Below are positions 38,727 to 51,014 of a stretch of DNA of 64,000 bases, piece by piece. The notes under the pieces are model-generated. The model saw nothing but the letters and a program-made list of their open reading frames with translations. It had not been told where the DNA came from and ran no database searches. Source of the DNA: Octopus sinensis (lineage: Eukaryota); contig NC_043011.1 of the NCBI RefSeq assembly GCF_006345805.1, forward strand, positions 43,908,464 through 43,972,463, given 5' to 3'. The translations under genes were made by a program, and so were the position numbers. Each line of letters begins with the position of its first letter. The stretch's first letter is position 1.

Positions 38727-40289
38727 CTATTAGCTACAAACAAAATTCGAAACCTTAGAAGTATGAATAGCAACAATCTAATCCTTGTCGAAACATGAAC
38801 TTCTACATAGTCGCACGTTTTGCTAGAAAAAGCAGTCAAATATACTTCAAACTAACAGGACAAATATTGCAGACCAGATACAGAAAAATAAATGAAGTGA
38901 GAGCATGGGTGGAATATTTTTGGTCGTAGGTTGTATCAGCGTTCACCTGAGACCAAACTATAAATTTCAATTAACCAATTCAGGATTCCGGTGCCAATTA
39001 TCTTCTGCAACAATTTCAGCTTTAAACTTCAAACACAACTAAAACTGTTTCTAAGGCGCGGGAATGGCCGTTTGGTAAGAAGCTCGCTTCCTAACCACAT
39101 GGTTCCGGTTTCAGTCTCACAGCCTGACATCTTGGCCAAGCCCTTTCTACTACAGCCTCGGACCGACTAAACCTTGCGAGTGGATTTGGTAGGCGGAAAC
39201 TGAAAGACGTTGTGTTCCACCATAGCTGGAAACCGATGTGTTTACATCCCTGTAACTTATATCGGTCTTTAGCCGAACCACTAAGTATTAGGCCTACAAA
39301 GAATAAGTTCTGAGACCAATTTGTTCTGAAGGCGGTACTCCAGGATTGAACAAACAAAAAAAAAAAAAACAGCAACTTCACAATTGTCATTTTATATATT
39401 TGCCTTTATTTCCAATAAATCTACTTTAAGTTTTAAAAAATATCAAAACAAGATTTAACAATTTACACAAAAATTCCAGAATAAAATAAGCACAAACCCA
39501 CAAAATGAGGGAAATCAGTTGATGTAATCAATCCCAGAATTTTACTGGTACTTATTTTATAAATCTTTGTAAGATGAATGTGAAAAGAATGTCAGTTTAT
39601 CAGCCGCTCTACAATAAAATTCACAGAAGAGTCAAAATGGTGGCGGTGATATTTAGTTATGTAAGCCATTGGCAACAGTGTAAATTATGTATTTTTTTCT
39701 ATATATGTTAACAGCTGATGAACTACGAAGAAATTTGTATGCAATTTACCGGGTTTGGTGTGAACATTGCACATTGGTAAGGTGAACCGCTTGTGACAGC
39801 TGGAAAAGTATTTACTCCTTGGTTATCTTGGGTGGGCTACGACCGAATACAATCATCTAATACCAGAAAAATCCTGTTAGTACAAACATTTGATGGAAGT
39901 GGTCGTGGTGTCTAAATATAGTCCTTGTTTTGATGGAGGAGATAGGGTGATAACCGTCGCTGGTTATTACTTTCCGTTTTTCTTGTGGGAGGAAGGCGAA
40001 AACAAAAACATCTTGGTTGTGGTTATTACGAAACTATTCTGGATCGGTGGCAATAACTAATTATAACTGGGTTTCAAGGTGGAAGTTTCCGAGGGCGAAT
40101 TCTTTAGTTTCCAATGACTGGTTTTATTTAAGGGGAATACTGAGGAATCCGTGATCAAGAAAACATTTGATTTCATGGGGATTAAGAGAAATACATGGAT
40201 TTATGGCTAAATTGATATTACAAATATTCAGCAAAGTGTCAAAGTTAAATTAAAAGTGCGAGAAAGACGGGATTGGGGAGGGAGAGAAG

Positions 40290-43200
40290 TTACAGCTTCG
40301 TGCAAAAGCTGTCTGCTGAATGGTACTCCTGATCTTCGCTACTCTGATTCGAACAAAAATCTTCTTCCTCTGAGTCTAATGATTGGTTGGAATTGGAGCT
40401 TTGAGAACGCCTAAGAGCCTCTGTTTCTGGCAGCTCTTCATTGTTTAGACAGGACGGTTCCGACTCTAGCTCTCTTTCCTCAAACAGGTTGGCGTTCGAT
40501 AAGGAAGACTTGCAAGCAGAGGATACAGGTGCCGGCACGATTGGTGACGCAGCCGGTGACACAGGTGCCGGAGCAATTGGTGACGCAGGTGCTGGAGCAA
40601 TTGGTGACGCAACCGGTGACACAGTTGCCAGAGCAATTGGTGATACAATCGGAGACAGAGCCTGAGGCACTGTCAATGCTTCTATTACACCGGCAATATT
40701 TCTTGGCGAATGGTCAATTATCTGATCGAAGCTTTCATCAATTTCAGAATCAATGCCATTAACACCAGTACCAAAATGATTAGCAGTAGCTTCTAGCCTT
40801 TCTACGCTTTCTTTCACATTAGCTACGAAATCAACAGTAGAAGCAGAGGGCTCTGTTGATGCAGTTTTGTTAGCTGTAATAAGGGAGCCATCGCGACCGA
40901 TACCATTCGCGTCAACAGACACCGTCGTACTCATTGCAGAAAGGCCAGTAGTAGCAGGATCCGATGCAGGAGAGGTCGCAGTGTCCGCTGCAAGAGAGGT
41001 CGCAGTGTCCGCTGCAAGAGAGGTCGCAGTGTCCGCTGCAGGAGAGGTCGCAGTGTCCGCTGCAGGAGAGGTCGCAGTGTCCGCTGCAGGAGAGGTCGCA
41101 GTGTCCGCTGCAGGAGAGGTCGCAGTGTCCGCTGCAGGAGAGGTCGCAGTGTCCGCTGCAGGAGAGGTCGCAGTGTCCGCTGCAGGAGAGATCGCAGTGT
41201 CCGCTGCAGGAGAGATCGCAGTGACCGCTGCAGGAGAGATCGCAGTGACCGCTGCAGGAGAGATCGCAGTGACCGCTGCAGGAGAGATCGCAGTGTCCGC
41301 TGCAGGAGAGATCGCAGTGACCGCTGCAGGAGAGATCGCAGTGACCGCTGCAGGAGAGATCGCAGTGACCGCTGCAGGAGAGATCGCAGTGACCGCTGCA
41401 GGAGAGATCGCAGTGTCCGCGGCAGGGTCCGCTGCAGGAGAGGTCGCAGTGTCCGCGGCAGGGTCCGCTGCAGGAGAGGTCGCAGTGTCCGCGGCAGGGT
41501 CCGCTGCAGGAGAGGTCGCAGTGTCCGCGGCAGGGTCCGCTGCAGGAGAGGTCGCAGTGTCCGCGGCAGGGTCCGCTGCAGGAGAGGTCGCAGTGTCCGC
41601 GGCAGGGTCCGCTGCAGGAGAAGTCGCAGTGTCCGCGGCAGGGTCCGCTGCAGGAGAGGTCGCAGTGTCCGTTGCGGCAGGGTCCGCTGCAGGAGAGGTC
41701 GCAGTGTCCGTTGCGGCAGGAGTCGCAGTGTCCGTTGCGGCAGGAGTCGCAGTGTCCGTTGCGGCAGGAGTCGCAGTGTCCGTTGCGGCAGGAGTCGCAG
41801 TGTCCGTTGCGGCAGGAGTCGCAGTGTCCGTTGCGGCAGGAGTTGCAGTGTCTGTGGTAGTAGTAATAACCCTAGAGTCTTCAATTTTCGTTATAGCGGG
41901 GTGATCTGCAGTAGAAGTAGCTGCAGAATCCGCTGTTGTAGTAGTTGTAGCATCTCCAACACCCGTAGGGGTGTCTTCTGCTGAAACAACAGTGTCGTCC
42001 GATGACGTTAATTGATCGCTGTCAGAGCCACTTGTATTAATGACGTCTTCGGTTAACTCTGAAACTTTACAAGAAGCATTGAATTCTTCGCTTTTCTCCA
42101 ACTGAGCGTTCTGTTCTGTTGCGATATCTATGCTAGAACTGGGCTCTCTTGACAATTCTCTAGAATTACAAGTTACGTTCTCATCCAGAACGACACAACT
42201 AAAATTGACCTCACTGCTGGTGATAGACCTGTCGGTATTCGTACCACTGACCGCTTCGTCATTTGAACTTAATGCCGTTGTTAAATGACTGACCTCATTG
42301 TTCGCCTGATAATCAGAATTGGACACCATAAAGCTTTTATCCGATACAAGATCGTGGCCAACCTTATGTTTCGCTTCCTTTCCAGGGCTATTTGTAACCG
42401 AACTCTTCTCGGGGATGCTTCGGTCAGACATGGCCTGGGGATTGCTCATTTCATTTGCTGTTTCAAAGTAGTTTTTAAATTCTGATAAGTTGACATTTGT
42501 ATTAATATCTCCTGAACCATGAGTAGCTTTAGATTCTAGTGACTCGTCTCTGCTGGGATTATCTTCAAGACAAACTTCATTGCTAGTCTCTTTTGACTCA
42601 TCTGGATTTTTACCATGAATGTCAAACTGGTCTCCTTCGCTATAAGATACTCTCGCCGCAGCTGTCTGCTCGCCGACTTCAATAGCTCCTTCGACTACTT
42701 CAAAGTTTCTCAATAGAAGACTCCTCCGAGTCTCCATATCTTCATCTTCCTCACTACTATCCACTCTGCAAATCATTTCCGACCCACTCGAACTTCGACT
42801 ACTTTCAAATTTAACACAGTACATTATTTCCGAATCACTGGTGCTGCTGTTAGAGTAGCTGTCTTCCTTTTGAACATCACTCACAGCAATGCCACTGGTT
42901 TCACCAATATTGTCAGTTCTAACTACAGAATGTTCTGTGGCGAGAGACAGGCCACTAGCATCTGTAGCACTAGTGGTGGTACTAGTAGTTGTAGTATTAA
43001 TAGCATCAGTAGCAGAAGTGATGGTGCTTGGAATAGTAGCACTAACAGTGGTAATGGTGGCATCCTTGGTTGTGTCAGTATTGACTGCATCGCCAGGAGT
43101 GGCGCCGATGTCAGTGGTTGAAGTGGCGGTGTTGATAGTGTAGTCATTGCCAGTGGTGGTTATATTGGTATTGTCAGTTACAGTAGTAGTGGTGGAAGCA

Positions 43201-43877
43201 ACTGTGATGTTTAGGATGTCTGCGGTGGTACTGGGAGTTGAATAATTTTCCGACGCTCTATCAGGTTTTGAAACCGCACCATTCAATTTAGTGGTATTAT
43301 TGTTTACATTGTTCGTACTGCCGGACAAATAGACACATTTGCGAGCTACATGCCCGGTTTCGCCACAACGATAGCAAGTACGATATATCAAGTTCGGGCA
43401 GTAGCGCTGGACATGTCCCTGTTGGCCACAGTTGTAACAGCAACCACTCAGTATTTCCTGCTGGTTACACTGGCGAGCCACGTGGCCAAGTTGGTTACAT
43501 ACGTAACACCGACTAACAAACGTGAAACAGTGTTTGGCTAAGTGTCCGCTCTTGTGACACTGGTAACACCGGTCCGAATAACAGTCGCGAGCATAGTGAC
43601 CCATTCGGTGACATTTGAAACAGCGACCTTGGATTCTCTTTTTCTTCTCAGAACGTTCCAACTTCGCTTCCTGCGTTTGCGACGGTGACGACGACGACGA
43701 GGATGAAGTAGATGACGACGGAGAGAGGGAATTTGATGAAGGGGATCCATCAGTTGTAACACCTGGTTGTTGTTGTTGTGATGACGGTGCTGGTTGTGTA
43801 CACGTTGTGTTCGGACACTTTTCTATCAGATGGTTGTCACCACATAAACGACAAGCAAGGGTTTCATGATTCTCCAT
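40290..43877 (-). CDS. CCHC zinc-knuckle protein (CNBP-like array) with long Ser/Thr-rich disordered region and Ala/Thr/Pro tandem repeats, ~1195 aa
   Basis: Uninterrupted 3.6-kb ORF. Five CX2CX4HX4C knuckles (CFKC, CYQC, CYVC, CYNC, CYRC) plus an N-terminal CX2CX3HX4C. First ATG at 43877 (context AATATGG), preceded by an acceptor-like TTTTTATCAG. Confidence 0.9.
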   Translation of the reverse strand: MENHETLACRLCGDNHLIEKCPNTTCTQPAPSSQQQQPGVTTDGSPSSNSLSPSSSTSSSSSSSPSQTQEAKLERSEKKKRIQGRCFKCHRMGHYARDCYSDRCYQCHKSGHLAKHCFTFVSRCYVCNQLGHVARQCNQQEILSGCCYNCGQQGHVQRYCPNLIYRTCYRCGETGHVARKCVYLSGSTNNVNNNTTKLNGAVSKPDRASENYSTPSTTADILNITVASTTTTVTDNTNITTTGNDYTINTATSTTDIGATPGDAVNTDTTKDATITTVSATIPSTITSATDAINTTTTSTTTSATDASGLSLATEHSVVRTDNIGETSGIAVSDVQKEDSYSNSSTSDSEIMYCVKFESSRSSSGSEMICRVDSSEEDEDMETRRSLLLRNFEVVEGAIEVGEQTAAARVSYSEGDQFDIHGKNPDESKETSNEVCLEDNPSRDESLESKATHGSGDINTNVNLSEFKNYFETANEMSNPQAMSDRSIPEKSSVTNSPGKEAKHKVGHDLVSDKSFMVSNSDYQANNEVSHLTTALSSNDEAVSGTNTDRSITSSEVNFSCVVLDENVTCNSRELSREPSSSIDIATEQNAQLEKSEEFNASCKVSELTEDVINTSGSDSDQLTSSDDTVVSAEDTPTGVGDATTTTTADSAATSTADHPAITKIEDSRVITTTTDTATPAATDTATPAATDTATPAATDTATPAATDTATPAATDTATPAATDTATSPAADPAATDTATSPAADPAADTATSPAADPAADTATSPAADPAADTATSPAADPAADTATSPAADPAADTATSPAADPAADTATSPAADPAADTAISPAAVTAISPAAVTAISPAAVTAISPAAVTAISPAADTAISPAAVTAISPAAVTAISPAAVTAISPAADTAISPAADTATSPAADTATSPAADTATSPAADTATSPAADTATSPAADTATSPAADTATSLAADTATSLAADTATSPASDPATTGLSAMSTTVSVDANGIGRDGSLITANKTASTEPSASTVDFVANVKESVERLEATANHFGTGVNGIDSEIDESFDQIIDHSPRNIAGVIEALTVPQALSPIVSPIALATVSPVASPIAPAPASPIAPAPVSPAASPIVPAPVSSACKSSLSNANLFEERELESEPSCLNNEELPETEALRRSQSSNSNQSLDSEEEDFCSNQSSEDQEYHSADSFCTKL
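40965..41852. repeat. Coding minisatellite (24- and 36-bp units, ~34 copies)
   Basis: Units encode TDTATPAA, DTATSPAADPAA, (V/D)TAISPAA and DTATSPAA; all unit lengths are multiples of 3. Confidence 0.95.
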
Positions 43878-43884
43878 ATTAGCT

Positions 43885-43915
43885 CTGATAAAAACCAAGA
43901 AATAATATATTAATT
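43885..43915 (-). other. Probable 3' splice acceptor of a 5'-UTR intron
   Basis: Minus strand ATTATTTCTTGGTTTTTATCAG|AGCTAATATG, with a T-rich region upstream. Confidence 0.55.
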
Positions 43916-45174
43916 ATTTTTTTTTTATAAACGAAATTTTAAAGAATTTAAATCAAAATATTTAGCAACAAAGAAACACCAAGCGAAATCAGAAAAATAA
44001 AATACACCTACGCTTTTTTTTAATTACCTATAAAAAAACGTACATCGAAATTAATTGACTAATAAAACACATACAGACAAAACAAGATAGAACATAGAAT
44101 CTGAGAACTAAAATAATAAAACAGAAAAAATTTAAGAATAGAAGTGAAAGGAACTAATGAATAATGAAAAGATAAAAAAATATATATACCTACATTTACT
44201 CAAGTACGCTCATATGGTAGATAATTTTTTTTTTCGATCTCAGTTATAAGCGTTATATAGTTGTCCCGTGCAAAATGGCTTCTGTTTCGTCACGAGGAAT
44301 ATTTGCATATGAATAAATTATAAATACATAAAACAACAATGAAATAGGTGAGACCAGGTATGCAGTGATTGAAAAGAAAAGAAGAGAATAGATGAGTTTA
44401 TGTCGAGGTGTGAAAGGGAGAATTGGGAGGTGAATGAGGAAAGTTTGGGTGATGAATCCGTGGAAAATATAGAGGATTGTTTTAAAGTAAGAATAGAGAA
44501 GAAGTGTTTTATTATTGGGAATGAACATTTAAGTTACAGTGAAAACCAAAGGACAGGTAAGTGATGCTAACGGATGGGGCCATTAGCATCGCTTTCATAT
44601 TATCATTTTTTCCATTTAATAATTCATTTTTCATAAATTTTAATTATAATGTTCTATGTCCCCATGTCTTGTGGTGTCCGCTCTGTGTTGCCCCTAGTGG
44701 GTAATAAAGAAAGAAGTAATAGGATTGCGGAAAAGATGGACAGCATGTTGTAAGAATGATGTGAACAGAAGGAATCTAGCTGGTTCTGATGGAAAAAAAA
44801 AGAAAAACAGGAAAAATAAAAACAAAATGTGAAAACAACCGGCGGGTTGATTGGAACCAGATATCTAGCCATCCGATTTCATTGTATTTTATACTTTCAT
44901 CTCGATTTTTTTTTTTTTTTTTTTCCGATTTCATTCGATTTTATTTATTCTGAATTTTCAATCTTGATTTCGATTGTATCAATCGTTATATATTGTGGCA
45001 TCCATCTTTGTCCCCATCTATGTACGTCTTTTATCGACAAAAGAAGAAAATGTGGAGGTTGCGGTTTCGAGGACAGGCTGTTATTTATAGTCGTGCGTAT
45101 TCGGGAAACGAATGACTACCACGGCCTCCTACTATACGCTACAACACAAACGTTATACAAACACTACATCACTG

Positions 45175-45576
45175 GGATCTTTTCGGTTTGAACGGCAGTT
45201 TTTTCTAGCGGTGTCTTATGAAATTGTCGCACATAATTATGACCCTAGTATCGATCTATTGCATTTCAATCTGGGTTAGGGGTGGGGGAAAGGGTATCTT
45301 TTTCTTCCGAAATGTAAATAAACCCAATCTGTTTCTTAAACGAGGGACATATTCACACGGCACAGAATGTTTTCACCTCAATAGACGTCATTGATTGGTT
45401 GAAATTGCAGAAACCGAAGAAAAAAAACCAACAAATATCTTACAAACTATAGAATTTTCTCAAAGCCAAGAGAAAAAAATGATTTATAAACACATTCTAC
45501 CAGTATACGAAGTTTAAAAGTGTTTAGTTACGTTGAAATTATTTAAAAAAAACTGCCGTTCAAACCGAAAAGATCT
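45175..45576. mobile_element. Second copy of the Merlin-like MITE, inverted relative to 38313-38726
   Basis: Same TIR; TSD CATCACTG at 45167-45174 and 45577-45584. Confidence 0.85.
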
Positions 45577-47710
45577 CATCACTGGTATTTGAAGAAATTT
45601 TTATTTCTGCTATCGATAATTATTCCATTCAAAAAAACAACTACTGCAAATTTCGTTATTCGCTTAAATACTCGCACATTACGTGTCCGACAATCGGAGC
45701 CACTACATGGCTGGTGACTTTAGAAATAGCAGCTAAATCGTAATCCCAACCACCAACCGTCTCGAAGAAAGGACAACGCTGGGTAACGCTTTTATTGTAT
45801 AAATCTGATTAAAACCTGGAACTCATTTGATTGTAGGTCAACTCGCGTAAGCCGGACCTACTATGAAATAACATGCAATATAGGCTTACATATAAACTTA
45901 GGCTAAAAAATTTAGAATACGTCCACCGCGTCGGGTTTTGTTTTATTTTTTCTGTCTTGTTTCAATCATTATACTGCGGCCATGCTGGGGCTCCGTTTTG
46001 AATTTCAGTCGAATTTATCGACCTCTACCTCTCCGTGTATTAAATCCACTCAGACGCTTCCCAAAGGTACTACACAGTGGGACTGAACCAGAAACCATGT
46101 AGTTGGGAAGCGAACTTCTTGCCATGCCTTCGCTTTTTTCTTTCTTTTTTTTTTCTACATGCAAATTCTCGCGAGGCAGAAATAGCGAACCGGTTTCAAG
46201 TCCTGGTTGTAGATTTATCACATTCTTACATTTAAGTGTTTAATTGGCGTATATATGTGTGGTTTGGTAAGAGTGGAGCATTAACACCACATCTTAAAAA
46301 GTAAGACCTTCAAAATTCTTAAAAAGGTAAGACCTTCACCAAACTCAATGTTTTCAATTGGAACCAGAGATTTGGTTTCAATTCGTAAAAACCAATACAT
46401 TTTGCTTATGTTCTTCAGAAAAGGGTTTTGTGTCTACATAAGATCTTTTTATTAGTGAAATCCCAACCAAATAAGCTAAAATAAACTAATTTTTCAAATG
46501 GAACCAACGATTCTGTTTTGATTCGTTACTGAAATTTTTACAATTTGCTTATGCCTTCTAGAAAAGTATTTTTGTGTTTACATAAGCCCTATTATTGCTA
46601 AAGCCTCCCCCCCAACACACAAGAGGTTTGAGAATTAGGGATTGCTGTTTGTGAGACTCCCTCTTGGTGGACTGGTTTCCAATTCAGGATGAGTGTCGTA
46701 AACCCGGTTTTTAATACGCTATGGAAACTGGGTACCCGCATCAATGAGTCCGTCCTATGACTCAGTAAAAATGTTTGAGACTAGAAAAGACGTTTCGAAA
46801 AACACAATTGCCAAAAAAAGAAATTCCGTGACCCAAACTGCTATGAGAAAGGCACGAACACCACACCACACTACACACTCTTTCGCCTTCTGTTGAGGTT
46901 TCTTTTTTTTAAATTTTGTTTGTGAGTTAACATAATCCAATAATATTAAATCGTAAAAAGATGGGTTGTGGTGGTTTTATGTATGTATTCGATGTGTCCG
47001 AGTAATTAATGTAAAATTCCTTAAAACTAACCCTTAACACTGACCCTAAACCCTTACGAATGTGCACTCGTAAAAACCTCATTACATGGATGCGTCGGGA
47101 CCTCTTTTACATGTTATCTATTTTTGTACCACGTACCGAATGTGTGTCTCTCTCTCTTCTCAAGATGATAGTAAGTTTGAGGGAGACAAGATTGTTATTT
47201 CTAGTAGATGGAGGGATCACCTAGAGGTACCCTCATTGGTTCACCCAATATCTTTGCTGGAAGCGGGGAGACTACGCATACTTTGAATGTACATACGTTC
47301 TAAAGCGACTCTTTATACAGTGGAAGGTGGCGATGACTGAACGTGCATAAGTAATTTTAAACAACTGTTTATACATATTTAGAAACGATGGAATTCTTCT
47401 CAAAACCAATATTTAGTCATTGCAAATGTTTGTTTGAGATAAGAGCAGGAGAGGAAAAAGAGGTGGGGAAACAAACAGCAAAACTTCCATTTGTTTGCTG
47501 TAAAGTTATACAAATGTTGTTCGGCCGCACAGAAGTTTTACAGTAGATCTTTGAAAAAAAAAAGTACTCCAGCCATGACTATCCAACCTTTTATTTGAGA
47601 ACAGTGTATCCGGTTTTATTTTTTAAAAAAAGGATATTTTTCTTCTCTAGTACTCTCGTTTCGCGAGACGGGTATAAATTCTAATAGGCGGAATACTTCA
47701 TAGAGGGGAG

Positions 47711-47925
47711 AGGCGCATAGCTTAGTGGTTAAGGTGTTGGATTCATGATTGTAAGATTGTGGTTTCGACTCCTGGACCGGGCGAGGCATTGTGTTCTTGA
47801 GCAAAACACTTCATTTCACGTTGCTCTCGTCCAATCAGTCGGTAAAAATTAACAACTCTGAGATGGACTGGTGTCCCGTCCAGGTGAAGAATATATACGC
47901 GGGAGAAACTGAGAAACCGGCCCTT
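47711..47925 (+). mobile_element. SINE family C variant (tRNA head, CORE-like box)
   Basis: GGCGCATAGCTTAGTGGTTA...GGTTTCGACTCC...TGTGTTCTTGAGCAAAACACTT. Other copies at 54940-55152 (-) and 58407-58576 (+). Confidence 0.8.
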
Positions 47926-49643
47926 TGTTCCTTTCGTGGACTAACCACTTTATGGAGGAGGAAAACGAGGGAAAGAACTGTTTGCTTCCTTCTGAGAAAG
48001 ATCTGTTGAAAAAAAAATTTTTTTTTAATAATTTAACCCCCCACCCACTTAAATTCTGAACCTTTTTCTGATAAGGCACGGCTGAGCGATAAGAATTTCG
48101 GATATCAACCACTTGGTTCTACGTTCAGTTTCATTGCGTGGTACCTTCGATAAGTGTATTCTACTATTTCCCTGGGTCGATCAAAACCTTGTGAGTGGAT
48201 TTGGTGGACGAAAACTGATTATATATATGTATGCGTATTTGTCATCTACCATCGCTTGGCAACCGGTGTTGGTTTGTCCCCGTTCGACAAAAACAGGCGG
48301 ATAGAATAAGTACTCAGGTATATTGTTCGACTTAACCTTTCAGGGCGGTGCCCCAGCATGGCTGCCGTCCACTAACTAAAACTAGTAAAAGAAAAGCAAA
48401 GACAAGATAGTATTTCTTTCATAGAGAAATGGTTATTATTTCTCCCAGATTGCGACGACAAAGGGCCTCCATTATTCGTTTTCCTGAGACGGTAGTTCTG
48501 TAAAATTGCAAAATGTTAAGATAAAATGATTTTAATTTACAGTGAAGGAGGAACGAACATGGGTACCCATCATGCCTTTCTTGGAGACTGAGTTGTCTTT
48601 TACACTTAACTTTTTTTCTAGGGTTTTAAAATCTATTGAAGATCGATTCGATTTTATTATTGTTCATACAGACGATCATAGACGGGTCAGCACAATATGA
48701 TCTGGGGGTCATATACAACGATTGAGTTGGTTAAAAATTGTTATAAAAACAAGATAACATCGAATGGGGCACAAAAAATCTATTGAAGATCGATTCGTCT
48801 ACCACAGTGTTTCCCTGGCGAATACCTTCTAACACGTCACTAAAATTATTTCTGTATGTACTTGGGTATTTTACACTCTTAGTTCAAATCCTACCAAGGT
48901 CGACTTTGAGTTTCATTACCTGGGATTTGATGAAATAAAGTCAAAGACTTCCCACCAAATTTTAGGCCTTGAACTTATAGTAGAAATAATTTCTGCTTTA
49001 CATTCCAAGTTCAAATTCCGCCGAAGACGACTTTACTTTTCATTCTTTCGATAAAATAAGTACCAGGTGAGCGCTGAGGTCGTTGAAATCGACCGGCTCC
49101 CTGCCCCAAAATTTCAGGATTTGTGTCCATAGAAAAAAATTATTTGGAGCTCATATATATGATTAAGGCCGAGAAGGAAAGATGGTACCTTGACTCTTTA
49201 TACGATCTTTGTGTGAGGAAGGGAATAATATATATTCAGAACAGTCCTTCACAGACAGCTACAAGCTCCCAAATGATTTTATTAAACCTATCGATAGATT
49301 GTCTATAACAAACAGAAGAATGGGGCCCAGCCATCGACCCGCTGCAGGAAGTTGCTTCCCCATCAACGAAAATTCCCTCTCAGTACTTATACCAACTCAA
49401 AACCGTGGTGAGAGACACTTGCATAAGGTGATATGCAGTGGGAATCGTGCCTAGAATCACGTGAAACGAACGTTTTAACCAAACGACTATGATTGCATAT
49501 GGCGACAGTGATACAGCTGAGACCGTTTGATTATTACTAAATAATGTAAAGCTATTTAGCGGAAGTGACGACAGCTGAGGTTAGAGACACCGAAGTGTCA
49601 CAGGAAGCATTCGCCCTTGCAGCATGACATGTAGCCATGTTTG

Positions 49644-49684
<41 letters not shown>

Positions 49685-49969
49685 AAACACTTTGCAAGTA
49701 GTTAATATTAAGTGAGGCAATAATACTCGGTTCTGCTGGAATACTGAATATTGGTATTCGAGTTCCTAGAAGCCAGTACGCGCGTCTGCTTGTGTGTGTG
49801 TGTGTGTGTCTATATCCGGTATGTGATCTGTTTATCAATATAGTATTAGGTTATTAACGTATTTATTTACATAAGTGTATGTGTGTGTAGAGGGAGAGAA
49901 TCCGGTCAGTATTGAGTGTACGTAACATTAGTATAAACATTATGTGAATAAATATTGTATATGCATCTT

Positions 49970-50014
<45 letters not shown>

Positions 50015-50965
50015 CATTATATACATATACGTTTACCATTATATAAATACGTATACGTATGTATATAGACACGCATACATATATTTCTATACACATACAC
50101 ACACACATATTTCTACACAAACAAACGCTTCATAAGTGTCTCTGCATCACTCACCATGAATTTTTAACCAGCGAAAAAAAATAAATAAATAAATAAAATA
50201 TAAAGATAGGAAAGAAAAGCAAATTGTTAAAGAGGAAGGAATCTGGCGAAAAATAGTTTCAAAACTGAACATTTTCCCTAACATAAATGTTTAGAATTTA
50301 TATGTTCCAAAGAAACACGTCTGCAAATAGTTTACCATTCCTTACATATTTCTGAATCTGATATTGACGACAGATAAAAAGACTGTTTAATGGCAATCTT
50401 TAGATAAACATCTCTTTAAAGATATTAATATTTTTGGCGTTGATACTGTCCATGTGTCGGAAATTAAATAATATGCTCAAAGCAGTCTAACAGTCCATAT
50501 TTATATTCGCTATATAATTCCTCTCTTTCAGTGACATGTGTGTGTATGTGTGTAGATGTATATAGAACTATTATACCGGGTTCAGTCCCACTGCGTGGGA
50601 CCTTGGGCAAGTGTCTTCTACCATAGCCTCGGGTCGACCTTGTGAGTGGATTTGGTAGATGGAAACTGAAAAGAAGCCCGTCGTATATCTGTATATATAC
50701 GTGTGTGTGTGTGTATTTTTGTGTGTCTGTGTTTGTTCCCCAACATCGCTTGACAACCGATGCTGGTGTGTTTACGTCCCCGTAAGTCAGCGGTTCAGCA
50801 AAACAGACCTATATATACACATGAATGTGTGGACAGTCCGATGAAGGCTAAAAGGACGAAACTTCGAAGTCACAGTCACTGCTGTTCTTGTAAAAATGAT
50901 AGTAAATATGTACTCTACAAAAACGTTTTGAATAATCTTTCAGTTTAATGTTAAATTGTATCTAT

Positions 50966-51011
<46 letters not shown>

Positions 51012-51014
51012 GGT

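Noticed and set aside
40867-41904. 345-aa antisense and 317-aa alternate-frame ORFs
   Set aside because: By-products of the stop-free coding minisatellite.
43878-43898. ORF-track start MVFIRAN
   Set aside because: It is a TTG inside the putative polypyrimidine tract; the first ATG at 43877 is preferred.
38305-45584. Gene delivered as a composite transposon
   Set aside because: Outer TSDs differ (CTATTAGC versus CATCACTG) and each MITE has its own matched pair.
47020-47055. Telomere-like TAACCC repeats
   Set aside because: Only a few degenerate units, as also seen inside the MITEs here; not an interstitial telomere array.
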